DNA of 54,241 bases, the filler included, from Sphacelaria rigidula (taxonomy: Eukaryota), in the NCBI GenBank assembly GCA_964200075.2. It is 5 parts of 5 records of this genome, joined end to end, with 100 filler letters (N's around TTAATTAATTAA, not from the genome) between each part and the next. Parts side by side here need not be neighbours in the genome. Positions count along the whole stretch, not along the records: positions 1 to 10,770 come from CAXNAA020005945.1; positions 10,871 to 21,638 come from CAXNAA020005946.1; 3 more parts are not named here. One strand, given 5' to 3'. Numbering within the stretch: position 1 is the first letter of the stretch; every line of letters begins with the position of its first letter. Below the pieces are notes generated by a model. That model made no database searches, had not been told where the DNA came from, and was given only the letters and a program-made list of their open reading frames with translations. Positions 1 to 11,645 of the stretch are shown in pieces. Position numbers and translations under genes: made by a program.

Positions 1-293
1 CCCCCCCCCCCCCCCCCCTGAGCCCTGGAAACCCCCGGATGTCTCGGGACTGTCGGCCGGTACAACTATTCCGAGGCGACGCTCGTAGTCTAAGGGTTAA
101 ACTCTCACTTATCCGGAATGTAAGCAGGATTTGGAAATTCCAGATATAAGCCGGATATGTACTGTATGCCCCAAAGTAGGCCATATGGTCACTGTGGGAC
201 GTCGGACAAGTTTGATTCACCATCAGATATCGCATTGCATGAAAAACAAATCGGAGGTTGGGGAGGGGATGGTTCGTTATTCATCCCCTGGTT

Positions 294-313
294 GGGTTAG
301 GGTTAGGGTTAGG
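294..313 (+). repeat. Interstitial telomere-like (TTAGGG)n tract
   Basis: GGGTTAGGGTTAGGGTTAGG at 294-313. Confidence 0.8.
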
Positions 314-1218
314 AACCCAATCACCTTCTCTTTTTCCAAATCAGTGAAATTCTTGCGTTTTGCCACCTGGGAGGCACTCCCACCAGCGGACATGCCTCGC
401 AAGAAGATGGGAAGGCTTTTGACCGGGAGTCCAAAATTGGGGTGGTGATTTTCAGCGACTTGTGCTTGGGTGGGACACACTTTTCTAATGAATGATTGCA
501 AAAGCATCGGTTCTGGCTGTTCGGCGTGAATGCAGCGAAACCGGTGAAAAAACAAGTTCGAAAAAAGAGTTACATGGGCCCAAGATAGACCGCCTTTTGT
601 CGAAATCCCGCTTGTATCCCGGATCAGAGCGAGTATACACCAAGACGGTCGAATCGTCCGAAACGGCCGTCACCCCCCTGAGAATCCGTGATCTGACGAG
701 AATTTTGATGCAGAACGACTTAAATGTTCGGTACAGAATTATGAGGGAAAGTGTGTCCAAACAGATTTCGTACATCTTCGGCCGTATCTCGTGGAAGGCG
801 TCGCCGATTTCAAACCTGATAGCGCCAGAATTCCTGTCAGATCACGGGCTTTCAGGAAGATGATGGACGTTTCGGACGATTTGACTTTCTTGGTGTAAGT
901 CGCGAAAAAACGCTCGTCCGGAAAGAACGATTCCGTTCCAAATCGCACGAACATGTCGTAACACACGAAACTACTCACCACAAGCCGCTGACAGAGAGGC
1001 GACACAGGCGAACATTCAAGACGCGAATACGGGACCGATCGGGTGATGAACGAAAGTTTACCTGCAAAACCGCGGGAGCCTGGCATTGACGTTATGCGGT
1101 AAATTATGCGGCCAATTCAATTGAACCAAACCCATGCATTCTACCCGATAGTGTTGGATTTCGAAGAGAGCGCCTTCATGACACTCCCGGGTGTTGTTTT
1201 GCTCTGCCGTTTCCACAG

Positions 1219-4200
1219 ACAACGAGGATATCGAAGGAATCGTATCGGAGACAGCAGATGCCAACGACGAGCCAGGCACGGTCATTCTCGCACTCCGCTC
1301 TGACGTAATTATTCTTTGCCTCATCGAAGACATCCGAGGTGCGGATGCAGTGCTCACAGCTCTCCACTTTACAAGGGACGACGTTGAGGGGCCGTCTCAC
1401 CTCCTTGTACTTTCGACGACCATGACGTGGGCAAAAACGAAGATTCTGCCACCGAAAACATGTTTTCTGGAGGACACGTTCGCGCCATCTTCCCTACTTC
1501 GCCCGACCTCCATGGTGCCAATAAGCAACAGCAACAGTCAACGTTCTGCCACGAGCAACACAGGGCCGGGGGGAACTTCTGCGCTGCCCCGAACAGCTTC
1601 CGCCGTAGTCAATTCCGGAACCGCATCCCCATCGCGAGAAACATCTCGACAGCAACGAACAGTTGCACAGGGAGGTAGCAGCAGCCCAAGCAGATCCACT
1701 TCTCCACACCGAGCAGTCACAACTAGCAATACGTCTTTTCGTCGGCGGCAACCTGATCGTCTTGCTGGGCCTTGTTTCATGGAAGAAGACTACATACTAC
1801 GGAAACCTCCATCAGGTGGGTAACTTGTGCCGAGAAGCTTCACCAAAGTCGACACCAAGAGTGGACCACTCTTGCACCCTATCTCAAAGTTATGATCCTC
1901 AACATGCGCTATTCCCCTGAGCGCTCCTGAAGAACTGGGCACGTTTCTGCAAGATTATGCTGTACCACTCTTGCACGTTATCGCAAAGTTGTGATCCTCA
2001 ACATGTTATATCCCCCTGAGCGTTCCTGAAGAACTGAGCACGTTTCTGCAAGATCATGCTACATAGGCATCAGCATCGAATGAATATCATCATTACTATT
2101 AGTACAGATTGCCCAAAGATTGCCTAACCACACCTCGACGCAGTCCAAGGGACGACTCGCTTGATGGTGTCACTTGTCACCTCTCCATCAAAATTCCGTC
2201 AGGCTTCCTCGAGCACAAGCGACTGGAAGATGCTGCACTGCGCCTGCGATCGCCAACACTCAGCGCTTGCGTCGTGGGCAGCGGGGTGCCCTACGGCGTG
2301 GGCGAGGGACCACTGTTGAGGTTATTCAGAGAGGCATGGATGCAGCGCGATAGCATTCCCGTTCGGTTGCCCACAAGCAGCGTTGGCAATAATCGGCTTG
2401 CATTGATTAACGTCTTGGATCTTAGCGCTGTTGTCGGCGAACTCCTCCCGCACCCGTCGATCACGACACCACAACACCCAACTCTACCCCCAGCACCATT
2501 CCCCAAGCCATATATCCTCGCGGTGGATGGGAACAGTTCACAACCTACAGTAAAGGAAGCCACAGAAGCCCTGGCGAAAGCATTCGCTGGTAGTTCGGGG
2601 AAGACAAGGCCGATGGAAGCCGAAGAGCTTGAGGAGGTGTTAGTAGATGATCCTCCCGCTCTGGCTTTGTTGTGCGATCAGCGGTATTCTAACGACGGTG
2701 GGGTTGTCGCGAACATGGTGGCACGAGGTGAGTTAGTTCAGTTACTTTCTTCGTTGTACGTGTACTTCTGACACACCTTAGGCGTGGTCCGGCAAAACGT
2801 TTGCTCGGCCGTGCATAGAAGTAATCTCACGTTAGGATTGTAATGGTGTGTTACGACACTCCATGATTCCTGTGTGAGCACCCTCGTGCGGGAAAGTGCT
2901 GTCAAGCGGTGTGTACACGTGCGCTACGGCGACATTAACAGCGATCAAGACGAGGTCGTCACGTGCCATGACTCCCCACTGTGACTACATCGTGCAATCA
3001 GTCCTCCCCCGCCCCCCTTCATAGAGGTTCTGAGACAAGAACAACTGTGAAAACACTTGCGTCATTTCATGCGCCAACCCTCATCAGGCCACTACTCTCT
3101 GCAATCGAAACATTTTTCCGTAGGAAGGCTAGAACCTGTCACCTGGTCCACGGGGTTCGCGGCCTCAGTAAAACAACTCGCGAAGGAATTCGTGATGTGC
3201 AGATCGCTACATCCCATCCGTGCCGTCGTTTTGGGACCGCCGGGAGCGGGTCAAGACCTCGTGTGCGAAAAGGTATCGCACAGGCGTATGTGGGCCAAGA
3301 TCATGCGTGCAAGGAGGTATTCTATGCGCTGGTTCGGTTGAAAGAACCGTTTATTGTTGGCTATGTCACGCCTACAACTCTCGACTGCTGAAAATGTACT
3401 ACCCTACCATGATCCACCACGGCAGATAGATGACGTACAAGAAATTCTGTACATCCATGGCCGCTGTCTCTTTGTGCGTCAGATTTCGGAACGATACGGC
3501 TTGATGCGCGTGGACGCAAAAGTTGCTGCCGATGGGGTATTTTTTGCGCTCGGAAAGTCGCTGCCGGAGCGTGCGCCGCTGGAAGAAAAACCCACGTCAG
3601 CGGCAAAGGGGAAAAAGGGCAAAGATGCAAAGAAAGCGACAGGTAGCAATGGTGGACACTCCAAAGCTAACATAATCATTCCAGAGTATTGAACGAAGCC
3701 TTTGATACCTTTTGCTGACAGAGCTCCTTCACACTTCTTCAGAGCTCCTTTGAACCGTAGGTTCAAGGACAGGGCTTCGTGGTACAAATATTGTTTTCGC
3801 CTACATGTTCTAGTACTTGGTTCCCGCGTCCAGCAGTCTAGCGACATAATAGCACTTGTGTAGCGTGCGTCACCGCAGCGCAGTTCGCACCTGCGCATGG
3901 TAGAGAGTGTCGTTCGGTCGCAAATAGTATTTATCAGGTATGATCTGTGAAGTATGGTGGCAACATAGGAATTGGTTGCACTTGAAGCTTCAAACACCCC
4001 CTCGGCCTGACCCCCTTCACAAAAACATTATTGCAATGCCGTACTGTTGCTGAGCTTTTTTCGCGGGGAACTGCGATGTAACCGCGTTTCGTCCCTACTG
4101 CAGCAATATAGAGCAACACATGTTTGCAGGCCACCGTCACTCAAATTCCAAGAAAACAAGCAGCGGCCCTCCTTCATCACATAATTCAGCGACAACAAGG

Positions 4201-7200
4201 AGATAGTCTCCGAGGCTGACGTGATTCGTGACTACCGTTGTCGTAGGGCTGAATAAAGGCGAGCAATCGGCAGAGGCCCTAGCAGCGCTCGCTGAGCTTT
4301 CTTCAACCGAGCGCCTTATGCACAACATTCAAGTGGCGTTCGAGGCAGCCGATATTCCGCTGACAGAATACACCACTCTGGACGCTAGCGGATTGGGTCG
4401 AATACTCTCACCCTCGATCGTTGCTACGGCTGCTCGACTTCTGCTAGAGGAAACAAGAGGGCAATGGTCTCAGCGGTAAGTTATTTCCACGCGATAGTGC
4501 TGCCACCATCTTTACGTGAAACTTGCGTGTGTTGGAAGATTACAAAAAGTCGGTTGTACCCATGCTGCAAAACGGCTGGTAACTCCCGGTAATGGGGGCT
4601 TACTTGCAGTAGGACGATCTCGGAGTAGTGTTGAAATGAACTTTGCTCGTAGTTTGACAAAACGTACAATGTATCGCTGGTGTTACATGTCTCAGCGTAT
4701 TCCATGGACATCATGTCGGGTGTTGAGCGTTGTGGTCGATGAATGCCCTCGCATTCATACAGCAGGTCGTCAATACACTTCCTGATCCAGCCAATTTCCG
4801 TCGACAAATGTTTCTCGCTCTCACCACAGCGGGTACATCCTGTGCGATGTTCCGTCCCGCGACGACTGCATCTCGAACATATTTGAGGAGGAGCAACAGT
4901 CCTCGTCATCATCGACATCATCCCTTCGACCAGCTGCCGACGGTGGTGGTGGTGGCGGCGGCGGCGGCAAGGGTGGCCCTGTTGGCGAGAACGATTCTAA
5001 CGGCGTGGGACCCTTGTCACAGAATCCGCCCGCATCTGACGCTATATCTGACGTTGACAACGAGTTGTCATCATCCTTGTTGCCCACTCATGTCACGTAT
5101 CTACACGCGAGCGCAGACTTTCTTCTGAGTGAGGATGGAGTGACGAGGCAGATGAACAAGCTGGAGCAACCGATATCGATGCCGCCAGCGGTGGCAGCAG
5201 CGGGGGCGAAGGGTCGACCCGAGGAGAAACTTCGGCAAGCGATTGAACAATATTTTGAATTAGAGAAAATTAATGTGAGCAGTCAGCACGTTGTGAGTGA
5301 CGTGGAAGTGCAACCGGTGGTAGAGCCGTCGAGGAAGGCAACATCATTGCCTAGCAGCGAGAGTGTAATGGTCAAAGAGGGTGTTACTGAAGACGATGCT
5401 GCTACGCCACTGTGGCTGCCGGCGACGGCCGTAGCGTTGCAGAATGAGTTTGCCGCGAAGACGCAAGCTGTGGACGCTGAAGTAGACTTGCCGAGCCTTG
5501 TGGAGGCGGTAGATCTTCAGCTTACCGACGGGGAAACTCCTGAGTTTGTTTGGATGCTGGCTGGGGAGGGCCTCGGGCAGGCAGGTCGAGTGTCCTCTGG
5601 TGACCCGGAAAGTGCACCGATGGAACGCAAACATTCCTCAGGTATGGACCATGCAGATGTAATCTTCGAAAGTTGTACGCCTCGAAGTCCCGAGTTTGTC
5701 CCGGATATCGATGGTGCATATAACGGTAGCAGTGCTCAAGTATGCTAGGATTGCACTAAGACGCGCCCGTTCACCAAAGATCCACATGGGTTATGTACCT
5801 TACACCATGACTAGTTCCACACATCAACAGGAGGCAGATGTCCCCTCCCCTCCCACCGTCCGTCACGGTCTTACATTATCGTTCAATATCCATCTGGGAG
5901 GTGAATATTTCAGATGGATATCCCTGAGGGGTATCACATGCCAGATGAGTGTTTATCTGGGAAATGGACGCCCATCTGGGATGTGGATATCCATGTGGGA
6001 TGTGGAGGGGGATATTCCTCTGGGGTATACTCATCTATCTGAGATATCCCCAAGGGAGATCCACATCCGAGGTGTACATCCCAGATGGATATCCACATTC
6101 CAGATGGAAAATCCATATCCCGGATGGATATCCCAGATGGACGCGCATGTCCCAGATGGAGACTGCACGAAAAAGCAAACCCCCTCCTTTACACAGAGTA
6201 GCTGGTCAATACATTCGATGAATGTGGTGAGCGAAGCATGGCTTTTGAAATCACTGACTCACCAACGCAATGCACGCCTCTCTGCTGCCCCCCTCCGGAA
6301 CGTCTACTGCTTTGCCCCACTCGCAATGCCTCCCTTGCAGATGACACGGAACGCATCAACAACGCCATCAGTGTTCCATCAGCCCCCTCGCACGGTGGCA
6401 GCGATGAACTTCATCCTACGATAGGAGCGCCAGGCGGCAGGGAGGAAATTATCACGACCTCTACCACAACAGATGACCATGCCCTCATGGGGGTGCTTGC
6501 AAAATTGACAGCTCAAGATGCGAAAGAGGTGGAGAGCCGAACGCGCCGCCACCGAGCCTATTTGACTGAAACCGTGGTGCCCCAGATTGCCGCCGGACTC
6601 CTAGCGGCGGCTGAAGTTCGGCCAGCTGACCCATTCGAATTTCTCGCCAGCTACCTCATGAGGTGTGCGCGGGCCCAGTTTTGATGGTATTGCGTGTGAT
6701 GGCTCTGAGTCAACGGGGCGGCTGTGCTGTCTTTGTTTTAGAAACCGCTTAACGGATAAAACAGCGTAAAGCTTCAGGTTGGTCGCAGGAATTCACGCTC
6801 GGGCTGAGGATTATCCTGTTTTCATGTCTGTGCACAGCCTCTAAGCTTTCTTGCCACTCGACACCGCGCTGTATATTTGATTCAGATTCGAACGAAATCC
6901 TGGTTTGGTTTTTCCCAGTGCGAGTTTGGTCGGGGTGCATCGCGCCGGCATCAACGGGTGTATGTTTGAGTCGTTGCGCTCTTTCCGTATATTGCGCATT
7001 TCCACAAACGAAGAAGATACGGCAGTTGTTTCACCAAGGACAACACCATACGTCACAGCCGATACATGACCGGGCTTTGGATCGCGAGCATCCATGCTTT
7101 CAGACGGCGAATTATTGTTTTCACGTTATTTGACTTGCCGCCAAACATGTGCTACAATGAAGCAACACTCGCCACGCAACGTGCATCTCGTTGCACTGTA

Positions 7201-7334
7201 GGGAGGGACAAGCTCTTCAGCGTCGAGCGGAGGCAGAAGCCGAGCTCAAGTACCAGGCCGGATTAGCCCTGCTGCGTGAGCTGGAGGCGAAGGAAGGAGC
7301 GGGAAGTTTAGTTTCCGACAGCTTAGGGCGATAA
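1219..7334 (+). CDS. AK7: Adenylate kinase 7-like flagellar protein (Rossmann-like N-domain, AK domain, C-terminal Dpy-30 motif); spliced, 5'-partial
   Basis: Phase-consistent GT-AG exons: 1219-1815, 2203-2727, 3124-3272, 3483-3642, 4247-4475, 4830-~5641 (donor uncertain, 5641 or 5725), 6341-6662, 7202-7334 (TAA). The translation has AK7-type blocks LSTTMTWAKTK, EEDYILRKPPSGFLEHKRLE, VVGSGVPYGVGEG, GNNRLALINVLDL, LHPIRAVVLGPPGAG, RGYILCDVP and LPTHVTYLHASADFL, plus the Dpy-30 motif RAYLTETVVPQIAAGLLAAAEVRPADPFEFLASYLM. The start exon was not found in the contig. Confidence 0.85.
1865..2060. repeat. Two-copy tandem duplication, ~99-bp period, in AK7 intron
   Basis: ACCACTCTTGCAC...GATCCTCAACATG...CCTGAAGAACTG.GCACGTTTCTGCAAGAT.ATGCT starts at 1865 and again at 1964. 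Confidence 0.9.
5880..6160. repeat. GGATATCC/CAGATGG-rich degenerate repeat (dispersed family)
   Basis: Many GATGGATATCC, CATCTGGGA and CCCAGATGG motifs; a similar block occurs at ~12290-12570. Confidence 0.75.
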
Positions 7335-8403
7335 AACAGCTGTATGTGTGCAGCAGTGTGCCAAGCCTCTCGTGATTTCCTCGTCAGGCATTCTTCTACC
7401 ATATGGTCGGTGACTGACACAATGCTTCGAAGAATTCGAGAGAGGTAAACTCCAGCCGTGTGTCACGCCCTCGTGATATGTTGGTGACGCTGAAGAAGCT
7501 GTTTCTGAAGCACGACAGCTGGTTTCTTCCGCAGGACAATATTCTTCGAGCCAAGATGATTTTTTTTCACTGCGGTTATTACATCCCTTGATTCAAATTC
7601 CCACACCCTACAACTTGTCTATCGTACTCAAGTTTACTGCAGCGAATCTACAGCAAAATAGCTTCGTGCGGAAACGGGTACCATCCGACCCAGGACTGCA
7701 TTGGTGCTACCACCTGCATCCCAGCGCGGGGTTTGTTTTGCACGGACAACTATCCGCGACAACTGCGAGATGGTGAATAAATATCACAGTCAAACTCACC
7801 CTTCTCTATTTCCCCCTAATGCAGGGTACGGTGCTTGACACACGAGATACGGGCCCTGTAGATGCTACTGGACCGTCCTCGGAAGCTATTGTATCCCTTC
7901 ACAACGTGTAAGCAAACAAAACGTGGAAGTACAACGCCCCGCATTCCACGTTCGGTAAAAACATACGCAGTCGCGGGACATCAGTGGTGATGCCGGCGAT
8001 GACACGAGATGGATTGAGGGAGCAACTCCCAGCTATCGTGGGTTCTTTTAATCGTGACAGGAGTTCACCACTTGGACTACTGTACTCTCAAGGATGGGAC
8101 ACGCTGACATGTACAGGCTCACACACCGTGTTTTTTCAATGTTCAACCTAGTGGTGTATCGAGCACACACTTGGGCTACGCACGAGCGCCGAGTTTCTGC
8201 CCGTCAAAACGAACGTACTCACTCAAACATGAACTTTGAAACAGGGGCATTCTGAATACACATGAGGCAACAACATAACACTGGGCGCGGCCTACCCTCC
8301 ACTGCAGGAAAACAGAAACATGACAAAAAACGCCTCTTGCCGTGTGGTTGTCCCACCAACCACCACGACCAACACCACCGCCGTCAACAGGACAAGATGC
8401 AGC

Positions 8404-10512
8404 TTAACTTGAACCACCCCTCCAGACCCCGCACAAAAATGCCGGTAAGAATGCCGCCGATGTGGCAGCCACCAACCATAGCGGTTCATCGCAAATCGCA
8501 AACGCCAGAGGCAGTGGGAGATACGCTGAAGAACGAACACCAACCACGGCCAACACGGCGCCTGAAAGCGCCGAACCGATGTAGCCGCCAGTATTGCACC
8601 AGCTGCAGCGCTCCATGAAAGGGTATGCTGCCTCGATGAAGTCACCGAAACATAAATTGATCCTAAAACCGCGTCGGGCCAGCGGGATGTCCGTCTGATG
8701 CTTAGGTCGCAGCAAGTGCGCTGCGCAGAGACCTGCAAGAAGTATCGTTAGTTGAGGGAGGGTCCGAGGGCCGCGCGCAGTGGAGGGTGGCTATCTGATA
8801 TGCGACTGAACGCCATAGCAAATGATAACTCGGGCATAGGTTGGGGTGTCTCACGAAGCTTGGTCCATCGTGACTATGCATTAGTGGTCCACCGACCACA
8901 TCACCAAGTGGAACATGATCATGTTGAATACTGGAACACTACGAACGGGGGACGCATGGATCGAAGAAAAATACATCGCATTCGTCTTCTAGTCTCATAC
9001 GTGTTGATGGAAGGTAGTGCCTACCGTATGTACTTTCCGGCTATAGCAGTACCTCGTTGAACTTGGGAACAACAAAATGACGCGTGAACGCCAAGGGTTC
9101 ACTCCTACCGACCGAAAGTGTCCCGCGTACCTGCGGCAACCATGCACAGAGCGCACAGATCAATCGCTCCCCAGATGGAGCCCCCTCCCGCAGCGAGTTC
9201 CAAAACAATAATGGGTAGGAATATTCGGTGGTACCAGCCCACCTTAGACCCATAGCACATCATATAACCCATTGCAGCACCAATGACACCCTGCGCAATA
9301 CATTCAAACACATACAGTCAGCACGAGTGATGAAGGAGACCCCATGTTTCCTGATCAGCTCAAACCTCTTCTACAATTTCAGTTTACGCCACGGTCGCGG
9401 GAGGGGCGCAGATAAGTAAAGTAAAGGTGGTGCCGGAACCATTTGCTCCTTGCAGCAAACGCCACTCATTGTGGATGTGACAAAATGTAGGGCCTGTACA
9501 GCTTCTGGATTTTGAAATATCTGTACCGCCGGAAAACAATTTTCATTTTTCCACAGCTGGCATCTCAATACCCACTTTTACAAAATCAGCTCGGTTGTTT
9601 CAGCCAACGAGTCGCACATTTCGTGATCGGAAGCTGCACGTTAGAGGGAGGGTGGAGAAAACGACCAGACGATCACGTGGTCGATGACAAGGCTGTGATG
9701 TTGATTGACAGAGTTACTAGTGGACCCCGAGAGGACCAGCTTTTCATTATCGAGCTAATCAGGCCCTTCACTCCCATGATATCCCGGTTACCGAGACCCC
9801 CGATGAGAGCCTTTTCAAAAATATTTCAGCGTCCTGGCCGCCGCTTCCTCCGAGAAAATCGAGTTTTTGCGAAAATAAAGTGATCACTCGCCCGGAAGGG
9901 TGTTGGTACTCCTTTACCCGTTCGAGTACCGTACGCACCTTTGTCCACGTGTTCGTGACCGCGCCGAGGAGGACATGCGTTGATGCTAGCAATGCCCAGA
10001 GAACCCTTAACGATGTGTGGTAAAATAACAAGAAATACGAGCGACGAAGGTAAGAAAACACTCATAAGTTGACAGTAATTTCAATCCTTCACTTTACGGA
10101 AGGGCGGTGCAGTTCTTGTGCCCGACAATGAATAGGCAGGAACCGGTTGCCGCCGCGAGGATAAACGCAACGAACCCCGCGGTGTCCGAATTGTGGTACA
10201 GTACCGCACATGGCGTCCATGGAGCGGAAGACGACTACGTTCAAAAACAAGCGCTTGGAGCTTTTGCCCTCACTCAAGGTAGCATCCTCACAAGAGTGTT
10301 GGTGCGGAGTTCGACGCCGAAAACCTCCGCAGAGCCGCGAAAACACGCATGCTACAGTAAGTGTCAACACCGGGCAACCGGAAGAGGGGTAGCGAGTATG
10401 AGCGCCCCTTGCACCAACGAGCACAACTTGTTCTTTGTTCATCTCAAATCGTTTTGCTTCACTCACTGGACAACCGGCAAGCAATATCTGACGATCGAAC
10501 CCGAGATCAGTC
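8404..10512 (-). CDS. Multi-pass membrane protein resembling bacterial PTS-EIIC-like sugar permeases; spliced, 5'-partial
   Basis: Phase-consistent exons: 10512-10467 (less certain), 10005-9939, 9290-9131, 8732-8404 (TAA). Translation: GLISGSIVRYCLPVVQ-VLWALLASTHVLLGAVTNTWTK-GVIGAAMGYMMCYGSKVGWYHRIFLPIIVLELAAGGGSIWGAIDLCALCMVAAG-LCAAHLLRPKHQTDIPLARRGFRINLCFGDFIEAAYPFMERCSWCNTGGYIGSALSGAVLAVVGVRSSAYLPLPLAFAICDEPLWLVAATSAAFLPAFLCGVWRGGSS. The motifs GxYHxxxLPxIxLE, SxxGAxD, GxxINxxFGxFxEAAYPFM and VRxxAYxP match my recollection of Firmicute 'PTS sugar transporter' membrane domains. Confidence 0.75.
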
Positions 10513-10639
10513 CTGACGGCAGCGTGGCGTAAAAGGAGAGCGACGTTGCTGGCACACCCCAAGCCAAGCATGCAGCTGTCAGCTTCGAACAAGAGTACCC
10601 TGACCCCGGCGCCGCCGCGACACGGTTGTTTCGAAAGGA

Positions 10640-10770
10640 TCACGATTGGGACGAATCATCACGGGTTCGCATCACCAAATCCACGATTTCTTCGGCCTGA
10701 TTGCCCGAAAGGGAGAAAAAAGTTGACCGCTGGTCCAAGGTGTACCCACGCAACTTATGCGCCATTCCAC
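10640..10770 (-). repeat. Dispersed repeat copy, cut by contig end
   Basis: Its reverse complement GTGGAATGGCGCA.AAG.TGCGTGG...AGCGGTCAACTTTTTT...GGCAATCAGGCCGAAGAAATCGTGGATTTGGT matches 11516-11645 on the + strand. Confidence 0.85.
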
Positions 10771-10870
10771 NNNNNNNNNNNNNNNNNNNNNNNNNNNNNN
10801 NNNNNNNNNNNNNNTTAATTAATTAANNNNNNNNNNNNNNNNNNNNNNNNNNNNNNNNNNNNNNNNNNNN
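10771..10870. other. Artificial contig linker (N-TTAATTAATTAA-N, 100 nt)
   Basis: N run with TTAATTAATTAA (stop codons in all six frames); same design as the other three linkers. Confidence 0.98.
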
Positions 10871-11515
10871 GGTGAGCTGCATCCTGCTAAGATTGTTCGG
10901 CCCGAAGCGTACTGACTATCTCGCACATGGAGGGCAGCCTACAATGAGTTGCTTCATTTTCTGGTATCGCCACTTCCGGAGACAACCACAGGTTAAATTG
11001 CCTCACGGGTCTCTCACCATTTAAATACTGCGTAGTACGTTCATCCCCTTCGCGCGGAGTTGAGGTTCTCCACCCCAATCAACATGACCTAGCTCGACCA
11101 CCATCGTGGTTACCGCGAGACGAAACAGCAAGGATGAAACAAGAAAACGGTGACCTGGTTGCCTAGCGTACGCAGCGAGTGGCGTGTTTTACAGCGTCGT
11201 TGCCAACCGACCCCAACCCTAATGAAAAGGGGCGGGGGGGGGCTAGATGAATATATGACTGACGGGGATATACTCGGTTGCCTCGCACAACGGACAGGGG
11301 AGGCGTGCGGAGAGAGATGGTCCCACCACCATTACAGTACGATATCAAACAGCCGTCTAGGGGCGACACTCTCGGTCTGCAAGTGGTTCAAGGGTCGGAC
11401 AAATAATGATTCGTCTGGAAATTACTCGGCTGTAGTATAGTTGATTCGACTCGTACGAATCAGTCCCTGGGCTTTGTTTTCAGAGTTGCAACCCAGGTAC
11501 ACGCAGCCCAGATAC

Positions 11516-11645
11516 GTGGAATGGCGCAAAAGCTGCGTGGATACCCCTTGGACTAGCGGTCAACTTTTTTCTCCCTTTTTGGCAATCAGGCCGAAGAAAT
11601 CGTGGATTTGGTTATTCGTAGTCATGATGATTCATCCTAACCGTG
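11516..11645 (+). repeat. Dispersed repeat copy (same family as 10640-10770)
   Basis: Direct sequence match to the reverse complement of 10640-10770. Confidence 0.85.

Noticed and set aside
131-1086. Several 90-120-aa ORFs on both strands
   Set aside because: No domain resemblance or splice support; the sequence looks like non-coding repeat DNA.
5696-6424. 242-aa ORF
   Set aside because: It runs through the GGATATCC repeat inside an AK7-like intron, in a different frame from the flanking exons.
10640-11645. Large inverted repeat suggesting transposon TIRs
   Set aside because: The two arms lie on different contigs joined by an artificial linker; they are simply two copies of a dispersed family.
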